A DNA stretch of 64,000 nt, taken from Neocallimastix sp. 'constans'. Lineage: Eukaryota. The stretch spans positions 248,001-312,000 of the forward strand of contig JBODTK010000013.1 in assembly GCA_050613775.1 (NCBI GenBank), read 5' to 3'. The notes below the pieces were generated by a model, which was not told the DNA's origin, ran no database searches, and was given only the letters and a program-made list of their open reading frames with translations. A program made the position numbers and the translations under genes. Positions 12,020 to 24,060 of this stretch are shown piece after piece (within the stretch, counting starts at the first letter, position 1; each line of letters starts with the position of its first letter).

Positions 12020-14540
12020 TTAAATTTGAAAACTCCAAAGATTGAGAATGAAGATCTTGAGTAGAATTAACGTTAGTTGTTGGTGGTATATCAATAGAAT
12101 AGTAATGATATTCTTTATTATTTTACAATATATTATGCAAATCATTATTCCTTTACTTATGCCAACTTTTGGTTCTTTGGTTGATGGTTTTGAATTTCTA
12201 GTTTTAAATTGAATATGATTTTGATTATAATTCTTCATTGTAGAATTAGAAATTGAACTCTTTCTCATTGAATTATTTAAACCAGTATATAGCTGACTTG
12301 ACTTATTAATGAAATAGAAGTAGAAGAAGTAGTTGAAGATATCACATATTTTAACTTTTAATAAGGTGTATGGGATGTCAATGAATTAGAGTTTTGAATC
12401 ATGATAGAAAATTATAAATACATTTTTCTTTTTTTATATATATTTAAATTTTTTTATTGTATCCTTAATATATGCCTTCAAATGGATTTTTAGTATTAGA
12501 ATGAATTGTTTGATTACCAGTAAGATTTGTTCCTACTAATTAAGGAGAAGTCACATGTGATGGAATACTATTAAAATTACTATAACTAGTATTATTTAAA
12601 GATGAAATTATTTTTGAAGCTGCTAAAGTTCTATTAGTTATAATTGGAGAATGAGAAGATAATGAAGAAGAATGTGCTAGAGATCCTTCTAATACTAATA
12701 TCTTCATTGGACTAGAAAGTGTTCCAAGTGGATTATTTAAAATTAATGGATTGTTAGGTGCACCTAATGGTGTATTAAATGTTTTACTTATAGTATTTGA
12801 TAAAAAAGAACTCTTTAATGGTGTAAAATTATTCGAACTTTGGTAATTTGGTAAAGATGATAAAATAAATGGAGATTGATTATTATTATTATTACTATAA
12901 CTACTTTTCCTGTTAAAATTTTTACTAATGGTATTAGTAGCACTAATTAAACTATTCACATTAATTATTGAGTTATTAGAATTTACTCCATTGAGAATAT
13001 TTCTTGTATTTGAATTCATACCACTAAAAGTATTGGAATGTTTAATACCAGAATTTGTGCCACTGATACGAAAGATTAGAATCTATACTTGTATTTGTTA
13101 AAATATTTATATTACCATTAGTATTATTCTTATCATTAAAGTTGGTCGTGGTAGTAGTACTACCGAAGAGATTTGTTAAACTCATCATAGATGGCGATCC
13201 AAATGAAGAATTAGTTGATGAATTAATTGGTGAATTAAGACTTCTACTAAAATTAGAAATTGTTGGACTTGTTGGAAAGGTACTACTAAGAACTAAAGAT
13301 TTATTTACTAAATCATTATTATTACTGTTACTTTTACTGTTACTGGTAGCATTATTATTTAGCAATAGAGAAGAGGAAGATGTCATTATATTATTAATGG
13401 ACATAGATTTTACATTATTACTATTATTACTGTTGTTAAATGAAGTAAGTGATGCAACATCATTTGAATTTCCATTATATGAAAGAGATCTTATTATTGA
13501 TAAAGAGGGACTTGACATTGAACTAGTTACCAATGAATTCATATAAGTAGAACTGGTGGTTGTAAAAAATGTGGTTGACATCCAAATGGAGGTTGAAATT
13601 GTAGAACTACTTAGAAGTAATAAATTATTACTCTGAGTAGGAGTACTATTAAACATGCTATTGAATGTAATAGTTGAATTGGTAAAACCCTTTCAAAAGT
13701 TATTACTATTAATATCTTGATTAAATGGATTAGCATTATTAATAGCATTATTACAAAAACACTATTGTTTTAACAAATATTATTACTTAAATTAAATCCA
13801 TTGCTAGAACCAAAGGAGTTACCAAAGGAATTAAAGTTAATGTTATTACCACTGAATGAGTTGTTGATAGTATTATTATTAAAAGAATTACTACCAAAAT
13901 TGGTATTACTATTAAAAGTATTACTTCCTAATGTATTATTATTATTAAAGGAATTATTTCCAAATGTATTATTATTATTATTGAAAGTATTTTTACTGTT
14001 ACTAAATGAACTATCACCACTCAATAATAAATTTGTATTATTAAAATTATTATTATTGCTATTATAATTATTATAATTATTAATATTACTATTACTGCTA
14101 TTATTCATATTATTCATTGGAAATGGATTACTAATATTTTAAAACAATATTTATTAGAACTAAAAGCTGGAACCAATGCAGTACTAAAACTAGAATCTTC
14201 ATCAATTGGATATAATAAGGATGATTATTATTTAAACTAAAATTGTTATTATCAATAATGGTAGAGGTAGAAGATGGAATTTAATTATAATTAAAGGATA
14301 ATGATGAATATGATATTGGAGTAAATATTATTTAATTTGAATTTTGTGATCCAGAATTAAATGCGTAAGATGTATAATTAGGTTCTGAATTATCAAGAGA
14401 TTCAAAGAAATTAACCTTACTATTATCTATCTTCTTATTAGGATTTTCTATATATGAATTATTATTAGTTTCTTCAAAAGTCGATGGTACGATCAATTTA
14501 TAAACCCTTTGCAACGCTAAAAGAAAGATCATTATTTTGA
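12020..14540 (-). pseudogene. Fragmented Asn/Ser-rich low-complexity coding cargo
   Basis: A chain of minus-strand ORFs (12020-12268, 12540-13019, 13042-13656, 13770-14117, 14332-14532) with N/S/T-rich composition, separated by frameshifts and stops. It is typical of a disordered region of a host protein. Confidence 0.6.
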
Positions 14541-14589
14541 AATGTAATAAGAAGTATTCAAATTCTTTATTGATTGATTTTTTTTTAAT

Positions 14590-15240
14590 TTTGTCTATTT
14601 TTTTTTTTTTTTTTTTTTGAATTTCATTTGCTTTAGTATTTTTTTATTTAATTCTTCAGTAGTATTGTATTTATTTGTTTCATTTGGAATGTATCTATAA
14701 TGAGTCATACTAAAATTAACTTCTAAAGTACATTCACCGTCACTACCTAAATGAGAGAAGAAACGCTGCTTTTGTAAAACATCTCCAGATATATTTTGAA
14801 TATATTTACCATTCAAAGTAAAGAATATATTTCCATTGGATATATAGTAACCAATACCAACGACATAATTTCATTAATTACTTGAGCATAGGCAACAACA
14901 CTTCCATTGGCATAAATTAAACCTGTGGAATGATAAGCAACAGTTCCACTTGTGGTTCCTCATTGGAAATACAGAAATGGTTTACTAAAATAAAATGGAA
15001 GTTGCGTTTGAGTTGAAACCTTTTATCCCTTTTTATTTTAAAATATTAATTGTTGAATATCATTGTTTTGAATATACGAGTATGCAAATACATCATGACC
15101 TAATTAACCATTTTTAGTAGAACTTTCTACAACAACAAAATTTCCAGGGACATGCTCTCTTTTTAAATTCTTTATATTACTTCTTTGCAATATCATAGGA
15201 ATTAGGATCACTGGTATATTGAGACTTGGAACTCTTCTTA
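14590..15240 (-). pseudogene. Captured SPRY-domain (Ssh4/Ear1-like) gene fragment
   Basis: Minus pieces STQTQLPFYFSKPFLYF, SGTVAYHSTGLIYANG and YVVGIGYYISNGNIFFTLNGKY...FFSHLGSDGECTLEVNFS match SPRY motifs (AYHS, VIGxG, FFTxNG, VNFG). There are stops, frameshifts and an apparent internal deletion. Confidence 0.75.
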
Positions 15241-15251
15241 TTTTTTTATTA

Positions 15252-15985
15252 TTTTCATCTTAACATTATAAGTTGACTATGTATTTTTCAACTTTATAAT
15301 GTTAGTTGACTTTTTATTTTTAATTGTATTTTATTTTTATTTTATTTTTATTTTATTTTTAATTTATTTTTATTTTATTTTTATTTTATTTTTATTTTAT
15401 TTTTATTTTATTTTTATTTTATTTTTATTTTATTTTTATTTTATTTTTATTTTATTTTTATTTTATTTTTATTTTATTTTCATTTTATTTTCAGCGTACT
15501 TTTGAGTAGCTGACGATTATACTTTTTTTTATTTTAATTATATTATTATTTTTTATTTTTATTCATTATATTTTTTTTTATTTTATTTTATTTTCAACTT
15601 AACAGTAATGTTAGTTGACTCTTATATTTATTTTTATATTTTCAACTTAATATAAAGGTTAGTTGACTTATTATATTTTCAGATTGTTATTTAACACCTG
15701 ACAATTCTATTTTACTTTTATTTAATATTTCTTTTAAAAAATTCATTAATTCATTAAATTAAATTTGTTGTGGACCATTATTTTCAACATATCTTTGTTG
15801 ACTATTATTTTCAACACTTTTTTTGTTATTATTTTGTAATATTTATCCATTATTTTCAACTTAATTTTTTAATTAGTTGACTATTATTACAACTTATTTT
15901 ATATATATTATTATTATATATTTATTTTTTATTAAAATAATTAATTGACAATTATTTTCAACTTAATTATTTTATTATTGACTAT
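15252..15985 (-). repeat. Array of ~9 TTTTCA-(stem-loop)-TGAC hairpins in the element leader
   Basis: Examples: ttttcaactttataatgttagttgac; ttttcagcgtacttttgagtagctgac (15488-15514); ttttcagattgttatttaacacctgac (15676-15702); ttttcaacatatctttgttgac. Confidence 0.8.
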
Positions 15986-16300
15986 TATTTTAAATTTAAT
16001 TATTATTTTTATTTTTATTATTATTATTATTTTAATTAAATGAAAATACGAAGACTTCATTTAAATATCGTATAAGAATTTTATATATTTTAATCTCTTT
16101 TTTTTTTATTATATATATATATCCCTTTTTTTATTTATTTATTAAAAAGTTTTCCTTATATATATATTTAACATTAAATTGGAATTTTTATTAGTATAAA
16201 ATATAAAATAATTAATTATTATATTTATTATTATTACTATTAATTTATATGTATTATAAATAATTCTACTTAGCTTTAATATGAAGCTCAACTGGTGAGT

Positions 16301-16314
16301 TGAGACTCTTAATC
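16301..16314 (-). promoter_or_regulatory. Primer-binding site complementary to the anticodon arm of tRNA-Lys(CUU) (half-tRNA priming)
   Basis: Plus strand TGAGACTCTTAATC abuts the 5' LTR and equals the anticodon stem-loop sequence of eukaryotic tRNA-Lys(CTT) as I recall it. There is no TGG/CCA-type PBS. Confidence 0.8.
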
Positions 16315-16521
16315 TTTTAAAATGAAAAGTATCTTTATTATGTTCAACTATGTGAAAGAATATATAAATTCATATTTTATATTTTTATGATATTTATTGT
16401 TATTATATTATATGGCTCGTTATTATTATTGGTCATATAACTTACACAAAATATATTAATATACATAACACTACTCCTTAAATTAACATAATTATAATCT
16501 TTAATATTTATATTTCTAACA
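16315..16521 (-). repeat. 5' LTR
   Basis: 207 bp, 3 mismatches to 10507-10713, followed by the TSD AAGTT. Confidence 0.95.
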
Positions 16522-16662
16522 AAGTTCCAGCTTTTAAAATTTCAATTTCAACAAAGTTTAAATAACAACAAATTAGAGTAGAGATGACATATAAAAAAGT
16601 TATTTGACATTGGATGAAGAATGACTTTAGAACTGCGTACTTTAGATATACTAGATAATGAT

Positions 16663-18700
16663 TTGGAATTATCTCTTTTTATTAGTTGAATTTTTCTAAA
16701 ATTTTCAGTTAACTACAGTAATGGGTTGAAGACATTCATGTAGTAAGGGTAAAAATTCATGAAAATGTAAAATATAATTACAATATACTGAAATAATTAA
16801 AAAAGAACCGCAATTTAGTGAGAATTTTCTATCAATATAAAAGAAATTCTTGTCATTATTTATTATATTTTTACTAGATAAGTCTAAAGTTGTCCTATAT
16901 ATAACTCTTTAAAATAATGTTAAGAATATCATAAAAGATTTTTTAAAATTTATAATCATAGTGGCAAATGTCTCGGTGAAATTTTGCTAAATTGCAATAT
17001 AAGTTTATGTTGAAAAAAGATAATTGAAAGTATTGTACTTTAATTGTAAAATTGTTTTTGGAATAAAAATTTAATAAAATGCAAGGATAGTAATAAGAAA
17101 ATGCTATATGAATAAAAAATATTTATGTAAAAAGAGAAGAAAAAGAAAAAAAGATAAAAATTTGAAAATACACTAAAAAAGAGTTTTCAAAAAAAAAAAA
17201 AAAAAAAAAATAGAGAAATAAAGAATAAAAATTAAACACAATACAATATTTATCTGACATGGCCATTACAGTAACTAAATATTAAGAAAAAATAAATATA
17301 TATATATATAAATTAGAAGTTTAAAAAATAAATATAATAAAATATAAAAATAAAATTTATAGATATAAAACAATATATATATATTTATAATTATATAGAA
17401 ATTAATTAGAATTATTTTTTAAAATTATATTTAGAATGGACTAATTTTATAGTTAAAAAAAAAAAAAAAAAGATGGAAAAAAAAATCAAGTATTCCGAAT
17501 AACCAAAAAAACTTTTTACATAATAAGTTATAAATATAAATTTAAAAAATTTCAATGCTATTGAACTATTTTATCATAATAATGTATCAATTTTACCATT
17601 ATGAGTTAATTCCCCTAGTAGGCGAAATATCCATTTTAATATAAAATAAGGAAAGATCAAGTACTGCTCTACAGGGAGAAATATTTCATTTAATACAAAG
17701 ATTAAAATATTAAGTATTTAAGAAGGGATTAGCATAGAGAAGACTATTAGAGATACAAATAGTGGATTCGGAATAATACTAGGATCTATTATAAGATAAA
17801 CTATTAAAAATGAGAATTTTTGAATTAATTTTCTAATTTGTTTTTTACAGGTAGAGGTTTAGTAATTATATAAATAATTCTCATATAATCAATAATATCA
17901 CTATTTTTACTCTTAAGATGAATTAGTTTTTCATATGAATATATATTCTTTTTAATCATTCCATGAATAATTTCATAATAATTTGATATTTATTTATTTT
18001 AGAATTTCTATAGTCTACTTTCGATCATAGATTCAAGGTCATAAATTAAAATTTAAATAATTTTTTTATTGTCAAGACCAAAATATTTCATATTTCTATG
18101 TATAGTCGATATTTCAAAATAAAAAATATAAATTATATTAATAAATAAAGAAATTAATAAAAGAGGTAAAAAGTAAAATATAAATTTAAATTTTTTATGT
18201 AGTCTTTTCTTTGGAGATTTTTTTTTTATTTATATCTATATAATGTATTTAATTTATTTCATTCGGATTATAAAAATAGTGATTTTATTGATTATATGAG
18301 AATTATTTATATAATTACTAAACCTCTACCTGTAAAAAACAAATTAAACAAATTAGTAAATTCATTCAAAAATTCTCACTTTTAGTAGTATTAATTTTCA
18401 TACAACCTAGTATTATTCTGTATCCACTATTTCAATACTAATAGTCTTCTTTATGCTAATCCCTTCCTAAATACTCAATATTTTAATCTCTGTTTTAGCT
18501 GTTATTTCCCCTTATAGAGAAGAGACGTACTTAATCTTTCCTAATTTTATATTATGCTGGAAATTTATGTTACTAGGGAATTAACTCACAATGTAAAAAT
18601 GAATAATTATTAAGATAAAATAGTTCATTGACATTGAAATTTTTTAAATTTATATTTATAACTTATTATGTAAAAAGTTTTTTTGGTTACTCGGAATACT

Positions 18701-18737
<37 letters not shown>

Positions 18738-19504
18738 GATAATTTTAGTCCATACTATATATAATTAAAAAAAATAATTCTAATTAATTTCTATATAATT
18801 ATAAATATATATATATTGTTTTATATTTATAAACTTTATTTTTATATTTTATTTATTTTTTAATCTTCTAATTTATATATATATATTTATTTTTTCTTAA
18901 TATTTAGTTACTGTAATGGCCATGTCAGATAAGTATTGTATTGTGTTTAATTTTTATTCTTTATTTCTCCATTTTTTTTTTTTTTTTTGAAAATTTTTTT
19001 TTTAGTGTATTTCAAATTTTTATTTTTTTTCTTTTTCTTCTCTTTTTACATAAATATTTTTTATTCATATAGCATTTTCTTATTTCTAACCCTGAATTTT
19101 ATTAAATTTTTATTCCAACAACAGTTATACAATTAAACTACAATAATTCATTTTCAACAAAAACTTGTATTGCAATTTAGAAAAATTTCACATAGGCCTT
19201 TTCCACTATGATTATAAATTTTAAAAAATCTTTTATGATCTTCTTAATATTATTTTAAAGAGTTACATATAAGACAACTTTAGACTTATCTAGTAAAAAT
19301 ATAATAAATAATGACAAGAATTTCATTTATATTGATAGAAAATTTTCACTAAATTGTGGTTCTTATTTAATTATTTTAGTATATTGTAATTATATTTTAC
19401 ATCTTCATTAATTTTTACCCTTACTACATGAATGTCTTCAACCCATTACTGTAGTTAACTGAAAATTTTAGAAAAATTCAACTAATAAAAAGAGATAATT
19501 TCAA
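16663..19504. repeat. Long inverted repeat: arms ~16663-17909 and ~18271-19504, spacer ~360 bp (foldback-like)
   Basis: cagttaactacagtaatgggttgaagacattcatg (~16705) has its reverse complement at ~19427-19461. tctgacatggccattacagtaac (~17253) pairs with ~18907, and acaggtagaggtttagt (~17847) with ~18317. Confidence 0.95.
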
Positions 19505-20309
19505 CTTAATCATATTATTATTGGAGAAGAGATAAATTTATTAATAAATTCAAATTTTTTTTTAAAAAAATTTTTGCATTAGATATTAAATATCAAAAGT
19601 ATATTAAAAATATTGAAAAAAGTACATAAGTTAGAATGAATCAATTCTTATATTCTTATAGGAATATAAAAAAGTATTATATTATATAATCATCCAAAAA
19701 AATAAAAAAAAAATACATTATAAATTTAACATTGTAGTACTATTCATAAATAATTCTTACATTTTAAAATTGTAAAAATAAAAAAAATTAAAATATGAAA
19801 AAAATGAAAAAAAAAATATAGAAATAATATGATAATATTTCAATTTGAATTAAGATTGCTATCCCTCACCATTTAATATGTAATGTTTGCATTTTTTATA
19901 ATCATAGTTGATACCGCTAGAATTAAGATCGTTTTCTCTCACTGAACCTCATAGAAGGTGATACGTCCTGAAGTAGAATATTTAATAAATAATTATATAT
20001 TTCATTTTTTAACATGAAAAATAAAAATATTTTTATATTTGCTCTTAAATATAATATTTTAGTTGTATGAATTATTCATTGTTAAGATTAAAAAAAAAAT
20101 GTATTAATATTAATTTAATATATATTAATACTTAAGTATATATATTAAAATTGATAATTTATAATAAATAGTTAAAAAAATTAACCAAATAAGAAGGTCA
20201 TTAATTTTTTTATATTTTAAACAATTATAAAGTTTAAAAAAATATTTTATTTATATTAATAATTCATTACTAAAATTAATTATAATAAAGATATATATAA
20301 ATAATTATA

Positions 20310-22200
20310 ATAATAATAATAATAAAAAAATAATAAAAATAAAAATAAATCAAAAGAAATAAAAATAAAAATAAAATTAAAAAATAAAAATAAAAATAAA
20401 AATAAAAATAATAATAAAAATAAAGAAAATATTAAAAATAAAAATAAAAAAATAAAAATAAAAATAAAAAAATAAAAATAAAAATAAAAATAAAAATAAA
20501 AAAATAAAAATAAAAATAAAGAAATAAAAATAAAAATAAAAAAATAAAAATAAAAATAAAATAATTATTAAAAATACAAATAAAAATAAAAATAAAAATA
20601 AAAATAAAAAATAAAAATAAAAATAAAAATAAAAAAAAATAAAAAAAAAATTATTAAAAATAAAAATAAAAATAAAAAAAAAATAAAAAAAAAAAATTAT
20701 TAAAAGTAAAAATAAAAAAAAAATTTTAAAAATAAAAAAAAATAAAAAAAAATTTTAAAAATAAAAATAAAAAAAAATAAAAAAAATTATTAAAATAAAA
20801 ATAATAATAAATAAAAAATAATAATAAATAAAAAAATAATAATAATAAAAAATAAAAATAAATAAAAAAATAATAATGAAAATAAAAATAAAAAAATAAT
20901 TAAAAAAAAAATTAAAAAAAAAAAAATAAATAAAAATAAAAATAAAAAAATAATTAAAAAAAAAATTAAAAATAAAAAAATAAAATAAATAAAAAATAAA
21001 TAATAATAATAAAAATAATAAAATATATAATAAAAATAATAATAATAATAACATTAAAAATAAAAATAAAAAAATAAAAATAAAATAATTATAAAATATA
21101 TAATAATAATAATAATATTAAAAATAAAAATAAAAGATAAAAATAAAATAATTATTAAAAATAAAAAAATAAAAATAAAAAAATTATTAAAAATAAAAAT
21201 AATAAAAAAAAATTAAAAAAAAAATAAAAATAAAAAATTTATTAAAAATAAAAATAATAAAAAAAATAATAATACAAAATAAAAAAAATAAATAAATAAT
21301 AAAATAATAATACAATATAAAAAATAAAAAAAAAATAAAAAAAAATTATTAAAAATAAAAATAATAAAAAAAAATTAAAAAAAAAATAAAAATAAAAAAT
21401 TTATTAAAAATAAAAATAAGAAAAAAAAAATAATAATACAAAATAAAAAAAAAATAAATAAAAAAAATAATAATACAAAATAAAAAATAAAAAAAAAATT
21501 AAAAAAAAATATTAAAAATAAAAAATTAATAAAAAAAATAAAAAATAAAAAATTAATAAAAAAAATAAAAAATAAAAATAAGAATAAGAATAAATAAAAA
21601 AATAATAATAATAAAAAATAAAAATAAATAAAAAAATAATAATTATAAAAAATAAAAATAAAATAAAAAAATATTAAAAATAAAAATAAAAATAAGAATA
21701 AAAAAAAATAAAAAAAAATAATAAATCAAAATAAAAATAAAAAAAAATAAAAAAAAATATATTAAAAATAAAAATAAGGATAAATAAAAAAAAATGATAT
21801 TACAAAATGAAAAAAATAAAAAAAATAAAATAAAATAAAAATAAAAATAAAAATAAACCAAGGGAAATAAACTAAATAAAATTATAATAATAATAAATAA
21901 TAATAATAAAAAATAAAAATAAAAATAAAAATAACACAAAATAAAAATAAAATAAAAAAAATATTAAAAATAAAAATAAAAATAAAAATAAACCAAAGGA
22001 AATAAAAATAAACCAAAGAAATAAAAATAAATAAAAATAAAAATAAATAAAAATAAAAATAAATAAAAATAAAAATAAATAAAAATAAAAATAAATAAAA
22101 ATAAAAATAAATAAAAATAAAAATAAATAAAAATTAGTAATAAAAAAAAAATTAATAAAAATAAAAAAAATTTTAAAAATAAAAATAAAATTATTATAAT
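20310..22200. repeat. (TAAAAA)n low-complexity satellite with AAACCAAAGGAAAT variants
   Basis: Visible directly in the sequence. The ORFs here are F/Y/I/L-only artefacts. Confidence 0.9.
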
Positions 22201-22649
22201 TAAAAAAAAATTATTTTAATTAAAAAAATTAATTCTTTTTTAAAATATATGATTTATTATTTTTATTTATAATAAAAATGTATAATAATAATAATAATAA
22301 TAATAATAACTAAATATATGAATAAATTATTTGATTTTTATAATTATTATTATGTTTTTATTAATAATATATTTAATAGTATTTATTTTATTTATTTTAT
22401 TGTTGATTAATGGTTTAAATTTTAATAACATAAATATTAATTTAAAATAAATAATTATAAAAAATAATTAACATATGTAAAGATTATTAAATTTCTTAAT
22501 ATATTTTTTTTTTTAAAAAGAATAATTGTTTAAATATTATAATTTTTATTTTTTTGTTTAATATAATTAAATTATTTACTTTTTAATTATTTATATATAT
22601 ACTTTTTAATTCATAAAGCCATTTTCTATAATACGCCACTTTTTGAAAA

Positions 22650-24060
22650 TTGAAACCAAAAAAAGACATAATTAAATTTAATTAAAAAGTTAATTTTAAC
22701 CAAAAAGAGTTATAATTAAATATAAAGTATATTTTTTAATTAAAATATAAATTAAATCAAAATAAAAAGTGGAATTATAAACAAAAAACAGACATAATTA
22801 AATTAAATTAAAATTTAAAATTTAACCAAAAATAGAATTGTAAACAAAAAACAGACATAATTAATTTAAATTTAAAGTAAATATTAACTAAATATAGAAA
22901 TGTAAATAAAAAACAGACATAATTAAATTAAATTATAATTTAAAATTTAACCAAAAATAGATATAATTAAATATAAATTAAATTCATTAATTATAAAATA
23001 AATTAAATCAAAATAAAAAGTGAATTAAAACCAAAAAACAAACATAATTATATTAAATTAAAAAATAAATTTTAGCTAAAAATAGAATTGTAAACAAAAA
23101 ATAGACATAATTAAATTTAATTAAAATTTATATTTTAACTAAAAATAGATATAATTAAATATAAATTAAATTCATTAATTATAAATTAAATTAAATCAAA
23201 ATAAAAAGTGGAATTAAAACCAAAAAACAGACATAATAATATTAAATTAAAAAATAAATTTTAGCTAAAAATAGAATTGTAAATAAAAAACGGATATAAC
23301 TAAATTAAATTAAAAAGTAAATTTTAACCAAAAATAGATATAATTAAATATTAAGTAAATTTTTTAATTATAAAATAAATTAAATCAAAATAAAAAGTGG
23401 AATTAAAACCAAAAAACAGACATATTTAAATTAAACTAAAAAGTAAATTTTAACCAAAAATAGATATAATTAAGTATAAAATAAATTCATTAATTATAAA
23501 ATAAATTAAATCAAAATTAAAATTGAAATTATAACCAAAAAAAAACAGACATAATTAGATAAAATTAATATTTAAATTTTAGCTAAAAATAGAATTGTAA
23601 ATATAAAACAGACATAATTAAATTAAATTAAAAATTAAATTTTAACCAAAAATAGATATAATTAAATATTAAGTAAATTTTTTAATTATAAAATAAATTA
23701 AATCAAAATAAAAAGTGGAATTAAAACCAAAAAACAGACATATTTAAATTAAACTAAAAAGTAAATTTTAACCAAAAATAGATATAATTAAGTATAAAAT
23801 AAATTCATTAATTATAAAATAAATTAAATCAAAATTAAAATTGAAATTATAACCAAAAAAAAACAGACATAATTAGATAAAATTAATATTTAAATTTTAG
23901 CTAAAAATAGAATTGTAAATATAAAACAGACATAATTAAATTAAATTAAAAATTAAATTTTAACCAAAAATAGATATAATTAAATATAAAGTAAATTTTT
24001 TAATTATAAAATTAAATCAAATAAAAAGTAGAATTGTAAATAAAAAACAGACATAATATT
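22650..24060. repeat. Complex AT-rich minisatellite with higher-order duplication
   Basis: Recurrent AAAACAGACATAATTAAATTAAATT and TTTTAACCAAAAATAGATATAATT subunits. cagacatattt at 23417 and 23735 gives a 318-bp higher-order period. Confidence 0.9.

Larger units (their letters stand above)
10507..16521 (-). mobile_element. Intact-ended non-autonomous LTR retrotransposon (6.0 kb) carrying host-gene fragments
   Basis: 207-bp direct LTRs at 10507-10713 and 16315-16521 with 3 mismatches. A 5-bp TSD AAGTT lies at 10502-10506 and 16522-16526. PBS and PPT are correctly placed for minus orientation. No gag/pol motifs recognised inside. Confidence 0.95.

Noticed and set aside
13142..14067. Leu-rich plus-strand ORFs
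   Set aside because: Antisense of Asn/Ser codon runs in the cargo. The same applies to 1434-1664.
15252..15985. CRISPR-like or attC-like reading of the hairpin array
   Set aside because: The constant parts are only 4-6 nt, spacing is irregular, the context is eukaryotic, and no cas or integron integrase is present.
16280..16320. tRNA-Lys gene (also at 5465-5500)
   Set aside because: Only D-arm-like and anticodon sequence is present, with no T-arm or acceptor stem. Its position against the LTR identifies it as a PBS.
19855..19980. Small GC-richer island
   Set aside because: No ORF, recognisable RNA motif or repeat partner found.
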